64,000 nt of DNA. Source: Octopus vulgaris (lineage: Eukaryota). The translations under genes were made by a program, and so were the position numbers. Under the pieces are notes generated by a model. It worked only from the letters and a program-made list of their open reading frames with translations, had not been told where the DNA came from and ran no database searches. Numbering within the stretch: position 1 is the first letter of the stretch; the number at the start of each line of letters is the position of its first letter. The stretch is taken from the NCBI GenBank assembly GCA_951406725.2, contig OX597823.1:39184001-39248000 (forward strand). Direction: 5' to 3'. Of this stretch, positions 26,886 through 39,040 are shown piece after piece.

Positions 26886-27503
26886 AAAAATTAATATCAT
26901 TTATATATATCAGACATTGGCTTCATGAAAACTATATGTGTATATATTCTCATAGAAAATGGAGATGAGTAATAACATTCCCATGTGGTTTAGTTGAGCA
27001 ATTTAGTTGAACAGATGGTACCATTGGGTGCATTGTTAGCCACAAATAAAGAATAGTTACCTATCAAGTCAGTGTTGAACACACTTTCTCACTGTTCAGT
27101 ATAAGCACTTGTCTGTCTATCTATCTGTCTGAATGTCTATCTATCTATATGCATGCATATGCATACTTTAAAAATACAATCTGAAAGCAGAACAGTAAAA
27201 GCATGCAAGACTTTTCTCAAGCTCAAACTGTAGATTTGTTTTTGTTATTTATATTTCAATGATTGAGCTTTGCATTTTTGTTAGAAACCAACTTTTTCCT
27301 AAGAAGAAAACTTTAAATAATTGAAAATAGAAGAGAATATAAATACATACTTATGCATGTATGTATTATTATAAAAATACATCAGACATCCAGGTAACTA
27401 TGAAAATAATATATAATGTAAGCATATATATTATATATATCAATATTACACCACATAAGATGATATGATATCATAAAATAATGGAAATGAAAAGAATACT
27501 TAC

Positions 27504-27641
27504 ATTTTCGTCTTTTAAAGTCAGATTCAAAGAAAAATTCAACTGGTGGTTTTGAAGTTGGGTTGATATCCGTCCAATTAATGGTTGTTTCATAACACAG
27601 CAAATTGTTGTTCATGAAGGAAACTTTTCCATTTAAGATTT
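27504..27641 (-). CDS. EGFR: EGFR exon (end of L1), 138 bp, phase 1-1
   Basis: cag|AA ATC TTA; T|gtaagt. EILNGKVSFMNNNLLCYETTINWTDINPTSKPPVEFFFESDFKRRKC, in frame with the previous exon. Confidence 0.95.
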
Positions 27642-27984
27642 CTGGAATAAAGTAAAAAAAAAAAAGAATAAAGGTTAAATGATTAATATAAAATAATAGT
27701 AGATGCAATTGTAGCTGTGTGGTTGAGAAGTTTGCTTCCCAACCATGTGGTCTCAGGTTCAGTCTCACTATGTGGAACCTTGGGCAGATGTGCCTTCTAT
27801 GATAGCCCAGGACCAATCAAAACCTTGTGAGTAGATTTGGTAGATGGAAACTGAAAGAAGCCTATTGTATATATGTCAGTGAGTGTGTGTGTTGGTAACA
27901 TGATGGCCATCTGGCCATAGAAAATCTGCTTTAATAAATTCCATCTAACCCATGCAAAAGTGAATATTAAAAAAATTAATAATA

Positions 27985-30055
27985 GCTCTTTCTACAAGAA
28001 GCACAAGGCCTGAAAGCTTTGAGTGGAGGCAGGTTAGTTGATTACAATGAGTCCAGAGCTCACATGTACTTATTCTATCAACCCCAAAATGATGCAAGGC
28101 AATGTTGACCTTGGTAGAATTTGAACCCAGAATGTAAAGGGAGGCAAAATGCTGCAGAGCATTTTGTCCAACTCATTAATGCTTCTACCAGCTCACCACC
28201 TTATGATGAGATAATAATAATAATTTCTTCTTCTATAGGCACAAGGCCTGAAATTTTGTGGGAGGGGAATAGTTGATTATATCGACCCCAATGCTTCACT
28301 CGAACTTAATTTATGGACTCCAAAAGGCTGAAGGGCAAAGTCGACCTTGGTGGAATTTGAACTCAGAATGTAACAATGGAGCAAAATGTCGCTAAGCATT
28401 TTACCTGGTGTGCTAATGATTCTGCCAGCTCACCATAGCCCTTTCTATTATAGGCACAAGGCCTGACATTTTGGAGGAGAGATTACATCAAATCCAGTGC
28501 TCAACTGGTACTTATTTTATCAATTCCCAAAAGGATAAATGACAAATCAACTTAGGCAGAATTTGATCTCAGAATGCAGATGGATGAAATGTTGCTAAGC
28601 ATTTTGTCTGGTATGCTAACAATTCTGCCAGCCTTGAGTAATGGTTTCATATTTTGGCACAAGGCCATCAATTGTAAGGGTGCAGGCTAGTCAATTACAT
28701 TGACTCCAGTGTTTGATCCCGAAAGAATGAAAGGCAAACTCAACCATTGTAGAACTTAAATGCAGAACATAAAGACAAATGAAATGCTGATAAACACTTT
28801 GTTCAGCATTCTAACAACTCTGCTAGTTTGCTGCCTTATGAATAATAATGATAATGATGATGATGATGATGATAATAATGATAATAATCATAGTAATAGT
28901 AATAATAATAATAATAAAGATGAAAAAAAGGTACTGAAACCTATTTGAAAATGATTCCAGGCTTACCATCCCTATAGGAAGTGCAAAAAATCATATTAAC
29001 TGGAACGGCTCATGTACTGAGAAGAGCATTATCGCTGTGAAAATAACATCCATCAATGAATTTATTTATTTATTAATTTTTAAATACATATTTTGTCTGT
29101 GAATTTGCATGTTTGATCTGGGAATGCATACAATGAGCTTCTCTGCCCTAGGTGTATGGAAAACACTCGGTGAGAAACGGAAGAAAATTTGAAGAAAGAA
29201 GAAAAAACATGAAAATAATAATAATAATAATAATAATAATAATCCTTTCTACTGTAGGCACAAATTTTGAGGGAGGGGGCTAGTTGATTACATTGAGCCC
29301 AATGCGTAACTGGTACTTACTTCACTGACCCCGAAAGAATGAAAAGCACAGTAACCTTGGTAGAACTCAGAATGTAATGATGGACAAAATGTCGTTAAGC
29401 ATTTCGCTCGGTATGATAATGATTCTGCCAGCTCACTGTCTTAATGATAATAATCTTTTCTACTGAAGGCACAAAGCCTGCAATTTTGGGGGAGGGGACT
29501 GGTCAATTACATTGACCTCAGTGTTTCACTGGTACTTAATTTATTGACCTGAAAGGATGAAAGGCAAAGTCGACCTTGGCAGAATTTGAACTCAGAATGT
29601 GAAGACTGGTGAAATGCTGTTAAGCACTTTGCCTGGGGTGCTAAGGATTCTGTCAGCTTACTGTATTAATGATAATAATAATCCTTTCTACAATAGCACA
29701 AGGCCTGAAATTTGGAGGGGGGGGACTAGTTGATTAGATTGACCCCAGTGTGTCATTGGTACTTAATTTATTGACCTTGAAAGGATGAAAGGCAAAGTTG
29801 ACCCTGGCAGAATTTGGAGCTCAGAAAATAGCGATGGGCAAAATACCTATTTCTTTACTACCCACAAGGGGCTAAACACAGAGTGGACAAACAAGGACAT
29901 ACAAATGGATTAAATCGATTATATCAACCCCAGTGTGTAACTGGTACTTATTTAATTGACCCCGAAAGGATGAAAGGCAAAGTTGACCTCGGTGGAATTT
30001 GAACTCAGAACATAGCGGCAGGTGTGTTAATGATTCTGTTAGCTCGCTACTTTAA
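27985..30055 (-). mobile_element. Cluster of about 8 same-orientation tRNA-derived SINE family A copies, several separated by (AAT)n
   Basis: Repeated unit of about 200 bp (plus strand GGCACAAGGCCTGAAATTT..GACCCCAGTG..CTGGTACTT..AAAGGATGAAAGGCAAAGTCGACC..GAATTTGAACTCAGAA..GATTCTGCCAGCTC). The minus strand has a B box GAGTTCAAATTC and an (ATT)n tail. Confidence 0.88.
28923..29215 (+). mobile_element. 3' end of an R4/Dong-like (restriction-like endonuclease) LINE inserted in (TAA)n
   Basis: KKGTETYLKMIPGLPSL*EVQKIILTGTAHVLRRALSL* (stop at 29038-29040) matches the QK..L.GTAH.LR C-terminus of R4/Dong ORFs. Flanked by (AAT)n on both sides. Confidence 0.7.
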
Positions 30056-32855
30056 TGATAATGATAATAATAATAATAATAATAATAATTAATTCTTTTA
30101 TTGGCCACAAGGGCCGACAAAAATTAATTATAACATAAAGGGACAAAACACAGGACAAAAAATTATAACAATGAAAAACTCCCAATAGGGGGAGGCGTTA
30201 CGAAAGGTTCCTGGTGGAAAAACCCATAAAATCCATCGGAGCCTGGTCAAAAGGGGGGTAGAGAGCCCCTTTCTCCTTTTGTAATACCTTTTTTTTTACA
30301 GGTGTATCCTCACCTGGCCATATTATGGAAGATATGTTGGAAGGTGAATAGAGGACAATTACACATATGACAATAGGCTTGAAATATAAACTTGTTTTTG
30401 TTTTGTTTAGGTCAGCTCTGATCTAACGAATCTATAATGAAAGGCATTCCAGCCATAACCATCCCTCCTTTACATAATTTTTATTTTATTAAACAGGGTA
30501 TCAAAAAGTATTTTATCAAATATGTTCCTTTTCTTAAATCATTTTGTTACCATATTTCTGTTGAAATACACTACATATATTTCAACTAGTTTTGAAAATA
30601 ATAAAGAATTTAGTAAAATAAATGTTGTAATCAAGTTAGTGTTTGGATCAGAAATTAGCATGGAATTTTGATGGAAGGTTTTAATTTTGATCCCTTTAAA
30701 AGGGCAAGTTAGTAAGATAGGACTAGTGACAGTCTCAGGATTGGTTGATATCAAAAGAGTTAAACATGACAGGAAGTGAACTGAAGGATATTTGGCTGCT
30801 ATTTCTAGCATGTAGAAGCTCCTTTACAATAGTATCATCTTTTCATCTTTTATCTCTTGCTTGTTTCAGTCATTAGACTGTGGCCATGCTGGAGCACTGC
30901 TTTGAAATTTTAGTCAAATGAATTGATTCCAGTACATTTTTTTATGCTTGTTACTTGTTTTGTTTCCTTTGCCAAACTGCTAAGTTATGGGGATGTACAC
31001 ATCAACACTGGTTATGAAGCAGTGATGGGATACACACACACACAGACACACAATAGGCTTCTTTCAGTTTCTGTCAACCAAATCCACTCATAAGGCTTTG
31101 GTCAGCCTAAGGCTATGGTAGGAATTACTTTGAAGTGGGACTGAACCTGGAACCAATTGGTTGGGAAGCAAGCTTCTGACACACAGCCATACCTGTAAAA
31201 GAAAACTGGTCAAATCGATCTACTTTTAGGCCACTAACTCATGAGAGCTCAAAACTTCATACCCTTAATGGTATTTTGTTTGGTTTGACTTCAGTACGTC
31301 TTGCTGTTGTGTACAATGTCTGCTGCTAAGTATGGTAGCATCATGAAGAAAATATTTATCTTTCTTCTTAATATCATAAGCTCCAAAGAAAGTATCAGTC
31401 TGGTGGAATATAGAGGTAGTCAGAGTAGAAATTTGACAAAATGGTAAATATATGTCTAAGAATAGAGGCCCAAGCTGTTTGGTAAAAAAGTATTGTCAAT
31501 ATGGTAGCTGAACATGTCCTGGAGAAGGAGTGGGTTAAAGAGAATGAAAAATAGGAAGATAAATGCTGTGCGATTAAACGCAAGTAGTTGTAAGGGGTAT
31601 TAATTAAAATAAAGGTGTGCCTTGATGGTTGACAACATTGAGGTATGGTTTTTTCCTATTAAACCATAACACATTAGATTGTTGCTGGCCCACCCAATGC
31701 TGACAAAGCAAACTCAAAAATCAATGCTTAAGCATAAATTTAATTCAAGCTATAATAAGAAAACTAACAAACAAGGAAGTACTAGTCACATCTGAAAAGC
31801 AAAAATACAAAATGAAGTAAAATTGCATGATTGTGAGAACTTGTGTTACAACTTTTTTCCTAAATATATAAATATCAGTGTGACTCACAAACAGTTTTGT
31901 GTGGCTCACCTTTTTCATGACAGGTCTACAATATAAGTGTGTCTTGATGGTAAGAGACTTGATTCTACTTGTATTGGTTTAGACAGTTTTAAAAAATAGG
32001 AACGTGTTCTACTTGATACTGTTACCACTATTAGCTGGCAAAATACTTAGCATCATGTCATCTGTCTTTACATTCTGGGTTCAATTTCTACTTAGGCTGA
32101 CTTTGCTTTCATCCTTTCAGGGTCTATAAATCAAGTACCATTTGAATACTGGGATCAACTGTAATCGACTAGTCCTGTCCCCAAAATTTTAGGTCTTGTA
32201 CCTATAATAGAAAGGATTATTAGCTGGCAGAATAGTTAAAGCATTTTAATATTTCTTCCAGCTCTTCCTGTTCAGAATTAAAATACTGCTGAGGTCAACT
32301 TTGCTTTTCATCTTTCTGAGGTTAATAAAAGCAAGAACTGGTCAAGTACTGACATGGACAGATCAGTTAAACCTTTTCGTCTCAAGATCTCTGGTCTTGT
32401 GCCAAAATTTGAAACCAAAATTAGAGTGGTGCCCTAACCAAAGAGAAAATTCTCTTTCATCAGTACAACTTGAAGAAATGAGAGAATAATGTGCTTATTC
32501 TATGAATAGACATGGTTCATGAAGAGTTTAATGGCTTAATTTTAACAAAGAAGTAAATAAGGCTATGGAATAAGAATGGACATTAAAAACTCTGCTAAAA
32601 CAAACTGGTGGAGACTAATGAATATTTATTGTAGAGTTATGAAATGGCACTATTCTTTTATTCTTTTACTTGTTTCAGTCATTTGACTGCGGCCAGGCTG
32701 AAGCACCACCTTTAGTTGAACAAATCAACCCCAGGACTTACTCTTTATAAGCCTAATATTTATTCTATCAGTCTCTTTTGCCAAACTGTTAAGTTATGGG
32801 GATGTAAATACAACAACATCGGTTGTCAAGTGATAGTGGGGGGACAAACACAGAA

Positions 32856-32886
<31 letters not shown>

Positions 32887-33706
32887 ATGGGCTTCTATCA
32901 GTTTCCATCTACAAAATCCACTCACAAGGCTTTAGTTGGCCTGAGGCTATAGTAGAAGACACTTGCACAAAGTGCTATGGAATCATGTGGTTGGGAAGCA
33001 ATTTTCTTACCACACAGCTGCTCCTGTGATTTTTTGTAATGATTGCGAAAAAAAAAAAAAAAAGATAAGATATATTTTCTCTTCATTTTCTTTTTTGTTC
33101 TTTGATTTAAAATTCAAACTTCCAATCCAGCCAAGATTTATCAAGAAATGATTATTTTCCTTACAATAACTGATCACTAGGGCAGGCCATGTGCATGAAG
33201 TTGTTAGTTTAGCTTAAAATAAATGGATCAGAATAAATAAACATGAATAAAGAAATCTGAAGGGAATAAAGAATTCTTAGAGTACCTGACTATTATGGTA
33301 AAGTAGAATATAGACTAGTTATGATGATGCTGATGATAGCAGTGGTGGTGATGGTGGTAGAGAAGAATAATTTTAAATAGTATTTGAAGCTAAACCCTGA
33401 ATGGGAGGTTAACAAGTTAGTTTAGAGATCATATCATGATATGTTCAAATATTACTGATGTGGCTACTGTTTTGTGTCTCTGAGTAAGGCACACAGCTCT
33501 ATTTGCTCTAGTTTACCTGACAGGTGAAAAAAAATAACAAGTGCTAGACCTTATTTTAAAGATGAGGGTTTAACAGTTCATAAAGAAGAGCATCCACCTG
33601 TAAAAACAATGTCTCTTTACCCTGCATCTGAAATATATTCCATTCATAATAACAGAAATATATTTTTAAAACACTGATATGTGTGTGTGTGTGCATTTAT
33701 TTGTGC

Positions 33707-33745
<39 letters not shown>

Positions 33746-34408
33746 CACAGACACACACACACACAAACTGTACAATATTCTAAATAAAATAAAGACTACA
33801 AAAATGTATTATATATATTCTAAAACATTCTAAAATGCATCAAGTTATTTCTAGTAGAACTGGTTTTCTTGGTCTTTGGACCAAGTGTGTGCATGTGTGT
33901 GAGTGTGTAAGTTTGTACAGGATGGAGAGAAGAAAGTGGGCTATTTTTCAGTCTAGTAAAGCCATTTCAACAGAATCTGTCTTCAGGCACATTCATTGGA
34001 GATTAATATCTTCCAGGTGTTAGGGTTAATCAAAAGTGCCTTCAAGTTAACCTTTCTATATTCTTTGCAGTGCACCCTGTGATCTCCTAGCTGGATTCTT
34101 TCCTGTCGGTAGTACTCTGGAGAGAAGTTTCTCCCAAATAATCCCATCATCTATTTTGGATCACAATCCAACCAACAGACATGTTCTCTCTCAATGAAAT
34201 ATACGAAAGGCAATAATTCTTCAAAGATGATGAATATTAAAAGATACAAGTTAAAACTTGTCAGATTGTTATTGTAGAGAATTCCAAGAGGTAAATCTCA
34301 CTTTTATTTTGTTATTCAATCATTTGAAACAGAAATAATGTCCAGCTTTTAGAAATAAATTAAATGATTCCTATTTAATAACCAAAATTTGTCAAAATGT
34401 CCAATATA

Positions 34409-34705
34409 TCTTTATATATAAAAGTGAAGTTGTGTGTCTGTCTCCTACAAATTAGATTCCTAACTACTCCCACATTTTGCGGTGCAGTGTAACCAAAACC
34501 GGGTATCTTATAGTCGTCATTCATATCGAGCCCTTCTGGGTATTAGCGTGTGTCTACAACGAGTCTACAATTAAAAAAAAAATTTACCATAATTTTTCCC
34601 CATTTTTAATGCATTTTTGCTATTATATAAGGGAAGTAACTCTCTAAAAATGCTTATATAGTTATTTCCCTTACAAACCCGAGCAACGCCGGGCGATACT
34701 GTGAG
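34409..34705 (+). mobile_element. Non-autonomous Helitron, internally deleted copy
   Basis: A|TCTTTATATATAAAA start and 3' hairpin CCCGAGCAACGCCGGG; homologous to 53674-54190. Confidence 0.75.
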
Positions 34706-35533
34706 TGGAATATAAAAAAAGAAAACAGAATCTTAGTAATATATTTTGGTTTAGAACAATATTTCTTATTTCAAACAACCAAAATAATTTACATCACATA
34801 ACAACGCATTTGAAAATTGTCACAAATCATTACTGTCATTTGTCATCATCATTGGTGTCTTCAATGTCAATAATTGCCATCATTTCCATTGTCATCATCA
34901 TTGTTATTTATTCCTAAGTCAACTCTGATTGAGTAGACCAATGATCATAGATATTCCAGGCATGACACTATGACCTGTCCTTTCACAAGACAGTAAAAGA
35001 TGATTTGAGAGGGATTTAGGTGTTAGTTTTCTAGCAGTTTGAGGGATCGGATAGATGCTGTGTCATTGGCACAGGCTTGGGCTTTCTTTCATAAATAAAA
35101 TACTCAAGGTCTTAAATTTGAAACATTTTGTTTGGAGCAAAGTCCTTATTTAAAAAAGTTTCTTTAAAACCCTGAAAAAAAAAATGAAGCTTGAGCCAAT
35201 GACACAGGGTACAGGCATAGCTATGCGGTAAGAAGCTTGCTTCCCAACCACATGGCTCTGGGTTCAGTCCCACTGTGTGACACTTTGGGGAAGTGTCTTT
35301 GGTAAACTTTTTAATACTTTTTGATAGTTATATATATTTAATAGTAAAAAAAAAAAATTTTTTAATAAAAAAAATTATAAATATAAATTAATAATTTTAA
35401 TTTTAAATAATTTAAATCTTTAAATTTTATATTTCATATATTTTGTATATTATATTAATTATTTTTATTTTTATGTTTTGGTTTATGTTTTTCATTGTTT
35501 GATTTGCCTAATAATGGTTTTATCTCTAATTTA

Positions 35534-35573
<40 letters not shown>

Positions 35574-36119
35574 ATATTGGTTTATGTCTATCACTGTTTG
35601 AGTTGCCTAATAGTGGTTTTATCTCTAATTCATATTTTATATATATATATGTACGTATGTATGTATGTATGTATGTATGTATGTATGTATGTATGTATGT
35701 ATGTATGTATGTATGTATGCATGCATGCATGTATGTATATGTGTGTGTGTCTTTGTGTCTGTGTTTTTCCCTCACCACTGCTGGACCGCTACTGTAACTT
35801 AGTAGTTTGGCAAAAGAGATTGATAGAACAAGTATTAAGCTTTAAAAACAATGTACTGGTGTCAATTCATTTGATTAAAACTTCTTCAAGGTGGAGCCTC
35901 AACATGGCTGCAGTCTAATGACTGAAACAAGTAAAAGATTAAAAGATGAAGAAAGAGATAGGGTAAGGAGAGAAGAAGGTAATGAAATGAAGTCAGAGAA
36001 GGACTGTAAGAAGTTCAACATAAACCAAACTATTAAATTCATTCTGTAGTTATGAAGGTGACTAGCAAGATGTGAAGGTGATTGAGAAATTATTAAAACT
36101 CACAACCACAACACAACAT

Positions 36120-36317
36120 TATGAGAGGGTACTGAATAGTTTCTGGCTTTGGGTGAAAGAAAATACAAGAGGATCAGTTAATCATGAATTTATTCATCAA
36201 ATTCACACACTAATTGCAGGAGTCCTTCAGCACTGTAAAAGAACTTGGAAGGTTGAGCCTCTAACCAGGCCTTTTGCGATACCCTTGAAACCAGAAACTT
36301 TTCAGCACCCCTTCGAA
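36120..36317. mobile_element. Tc1/mariner-type MITE
   Basis: Imperfect TIRs of about 28 bp: TATGAGAGGGTACTGAATAGTTTCTGGCTTT versus the reverse complement TTCGAAGGGGTGCTGAAAAGTTTCTGGTTT. About 55 bp from an EGFR donor site. Confidence 0.7.
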
Positions 36318-36372
36318 CATAAACACTGCAATAAAAGAAAGAGATGCTCTTTTGAAATAAATAAAGACTTAC

Positions 36373-36732
36373 CTCCAAGTGATTTGAAGCGTAGTTCCTT
36401 CAGACCGACTTTTTTAGTTCCTCTGTCATAGTTACTTGCTACAAATAAACTGTAGTATTTTTCTTTATGTTTGAAAAGTTCCCTTCCGCGAATAATCTGA
36501 AGATTAGTAAGGGGGATGTAGTCCGCAAAAACGCCAATTATTAGAACATAACCAGTAATTTCCCTGATACTGTCTAGGAATGACAAGTCATATTTGATTG
36601 TCTTGTCATTGAGGAAAACAATTTCCAAATTGCCTTCAATATATGTACAGTTCGTGTATTTTCTCCGTAGTGATTCATATCTGAACGCTGCTGAGCCAGA
36701 ATGCGTTAGCTTCTGTTTTGTACCACGGCAAA
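36373..36732 (-). CDS. EGFR: EGFR exon (first recognisable coding exon; L1/domain I), 360 bp, phase 1-1
   Basis: Acceptor tttgcag|TT TGC CGT GGT; donor G|gtaagt. Translates (V)CRGTKQKLTHSGSAAFRYESLRRKYTNCTYIEGNLEIVFL...YDLSFLDSIREITGYVLI...LTNLQIIRG...GLKELRFKSLG, a typical ErbB receptor L domain. Confidence 0.96.
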
Positions 36733-38195
36733 CTGCAAAAAAAAACAACAACAATAATAATAATAAAATAACAACAACAAAATAATAATAATGATAATAA
36801 TAATAATAGTAATAATAATATGCACCCTAGTCATAACACTAACTTTAACTTCTAACTTATTGTCTCTTGAGTTCTCTGGGTGAGACTTGGAATCAACCTG
36901 TACAAATACAAAGCAAAAGCCAAACATATAATGATAATAATAATCCTTTCTTCTGAAGGCACAAGGCCTGAAATTTTGAGGGAGGGGACTAGTCGATTAT
37001 GTCGACTCCAGTGTTTCACTGGTACTTGATTTATTGACCCTGAAAGAATGAAAGGCAAAGTCAACCTTGGCAAAATCTCTTGAAAAACAGGTAAGGGTTG
37101 GTTGGAGACTGGAAGAGTATTCCTGCTGTAAAAATCCTGCCTCAAATCTATTTTCATCTATGTCATGCTAGCACCGGAAAACAAACGTTCGATGAAAGAA
37201 ATGAAGAAACTCATCTCTCGGCAACTTGTCAACAGTGATCCTGTAATTCCTTTTGCAAAACTAAGTGGCAAAACATGAGATGCAATCTTTTATTTTGAGA
37301 ACTGGTGCCAATTGGAAACCCCTTCTCAATATTGCAAACTCTAATTATTTAGACATTTTACATAGCCTGCACCATTCTTACTCGAGTGCTTACCATTTGA
37401 ATCTAAGACGGTTCTCTCACAAACTATGGGTTAAATATCACTTTTCTAGGGGGATAATGATATAACAAAACAAAAAAGGGTTCTTTTTTATCATCAAACT
37501 AACACCTTCTTTTATCTCTAAGATTCCTACAAATTAACCATGCAAGAAATTTGAGAAAAATGCTGCATATGTTTTGATGCAATTTATTTGTCTCACATGG
37601 AATCAAAATTTCTGCTTGAGAATGCTTCAATGCATTTTTGTCTCTGTGTATTTATTTACTCATTAACTTTCAACAATATACACTCACTTGAACAATAAAT
37701 AAATAAATTCCCCCCAGATGCTCATCCAAGTTGACTGCAGGGTGCACGTATTATTATTATTATTATTAATAATAATGATAATAATAATAATAACAAAAAC
37801 AAAGGATTTTTTGAGTTCAGTAGCAAAATGAAAAAAAAAGCAAAGAAAAGAAAAATAACTCCCCAAAACACAACATGGGATTTGGGTTTTGATAATTTCT
37901 CAGGCTCTTTTTTTTTTTTCTGTTGCAGAAAGAAAATGACAAACATTTAATTCAAAGTGATCCCATATTTTTCTAAGAGATATTTAACAGGTTTAGGCTT
38001 GGCTGTAAGGTTAAGTTTGCTTTCCACCTACATGATTTTAGGTTCAGTTCCACTGCATGGCACCTTGAGCAAATTTCTTCTTTTATAGCTGTAAGTTGGT
38101 TAAAGCCTTGTCAGTAGATTCAATAAACAGGAACTGAAAGAAGCCTGTTGCATGTGTGTGTATGCATGTACATATATATGTATACATATATATGT

Positions 38196-38239
<44 letters not shown>

Positions 38240-38244
<5 letters not shown>

Positions 38245-38286
38245 TGTCTGACAAACGGGAACGTGAAACTCTAAGTAACAGCTTTT
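38240..38286 (+). ncRNA. Minimal hammerhead motif (G8A mutated) in a solo Penelope pLTR (38240-38385)
   Basis: AAAACTGT CTGACAA ACG-GGAA-CGT GAAA CTCTAAG TA ACAGCTTTT. The sister copy at 51256-51423 retains G8. Confidence 0.68.
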
Positions 38287-38990
38287 GTTATATTTCTGCT
38301 GCTTTTAAATAAAGCATATTACTCTACCTCTGGTATTTGAGTACTCTTTTTTCCACTTTGTTTCACATTTATGTGCTTACTCCGGTATATAGATATGTAT
38401 ACATATTTATATAAATATATTACTTTTAAAATTTGAAAAAAATTTAAAATAAGGATAATTCATTTGAGTTTATAGGAAAACAAATTTTTAACAGAAATAT
38501 CTAAACACTTTCAAATGGGCTCTACTGGTTGCATGCAACACACCTAGACAATACAAGACAATAAATTGTGGAAATTGTAAAGATAATTTATGAACACTGT
38601 GCATGTGTATGTATGCGTGTGTGTGTGTATGTGCATGTGTGTGTATGTGTATGTGTGTGTGTGCGTGTCTCATTGTTTTGACATGATGTGATAGCTTTAA
38701 ATGATTGTCAGTCATGACAAGCAGTGTCATTCATTTTCAATCTTCTGCAAAAACATGAGCTTTTAGTCTTCTGAGCTACATGGTGACCTCAACAGTGCTG
38801 GTAGCACAAAAGAAGTACCCGGTACACATTGTAAAGTGGTTGGCATTAGGAAAGCCATCCAGTCATAGAAATCATGGCAAAGCAGACAATGGAGCACAAT
38901 GCAGTTCTTCAACTCATTGGATCCTTGTCAACCCAAGCCAGCATTGAACATGGACATTAAATGATGGCGATGATGATGATGATGAAGTAA

Positions 38991-39040
<50 letters not shown>

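Noticed and set aside
27985-30055. Regularly repeated units resembling a CRISPR array
   Set aside because: Units are about 200-bp diverged SINEs in eukaryotic intronic DNA, with no unique spacers and no cas genes.
35300-35480. Extremely AT-rich island, possible NUMT
   Set aside because: No recognisable mitochondrial gene or tRNA. It looks like decayed or low-quality sequence inside a SINE, next to a 52-bp direct duplication.
36302-36372. Read-through GKSLFI after the L1 exon, identical to the start of the 13661 exon peptide
   Set aside because: It arises from the G|gtaagt donor plus T-rich intron sequence. The codons differ, so it is coincidence rather than duplication.
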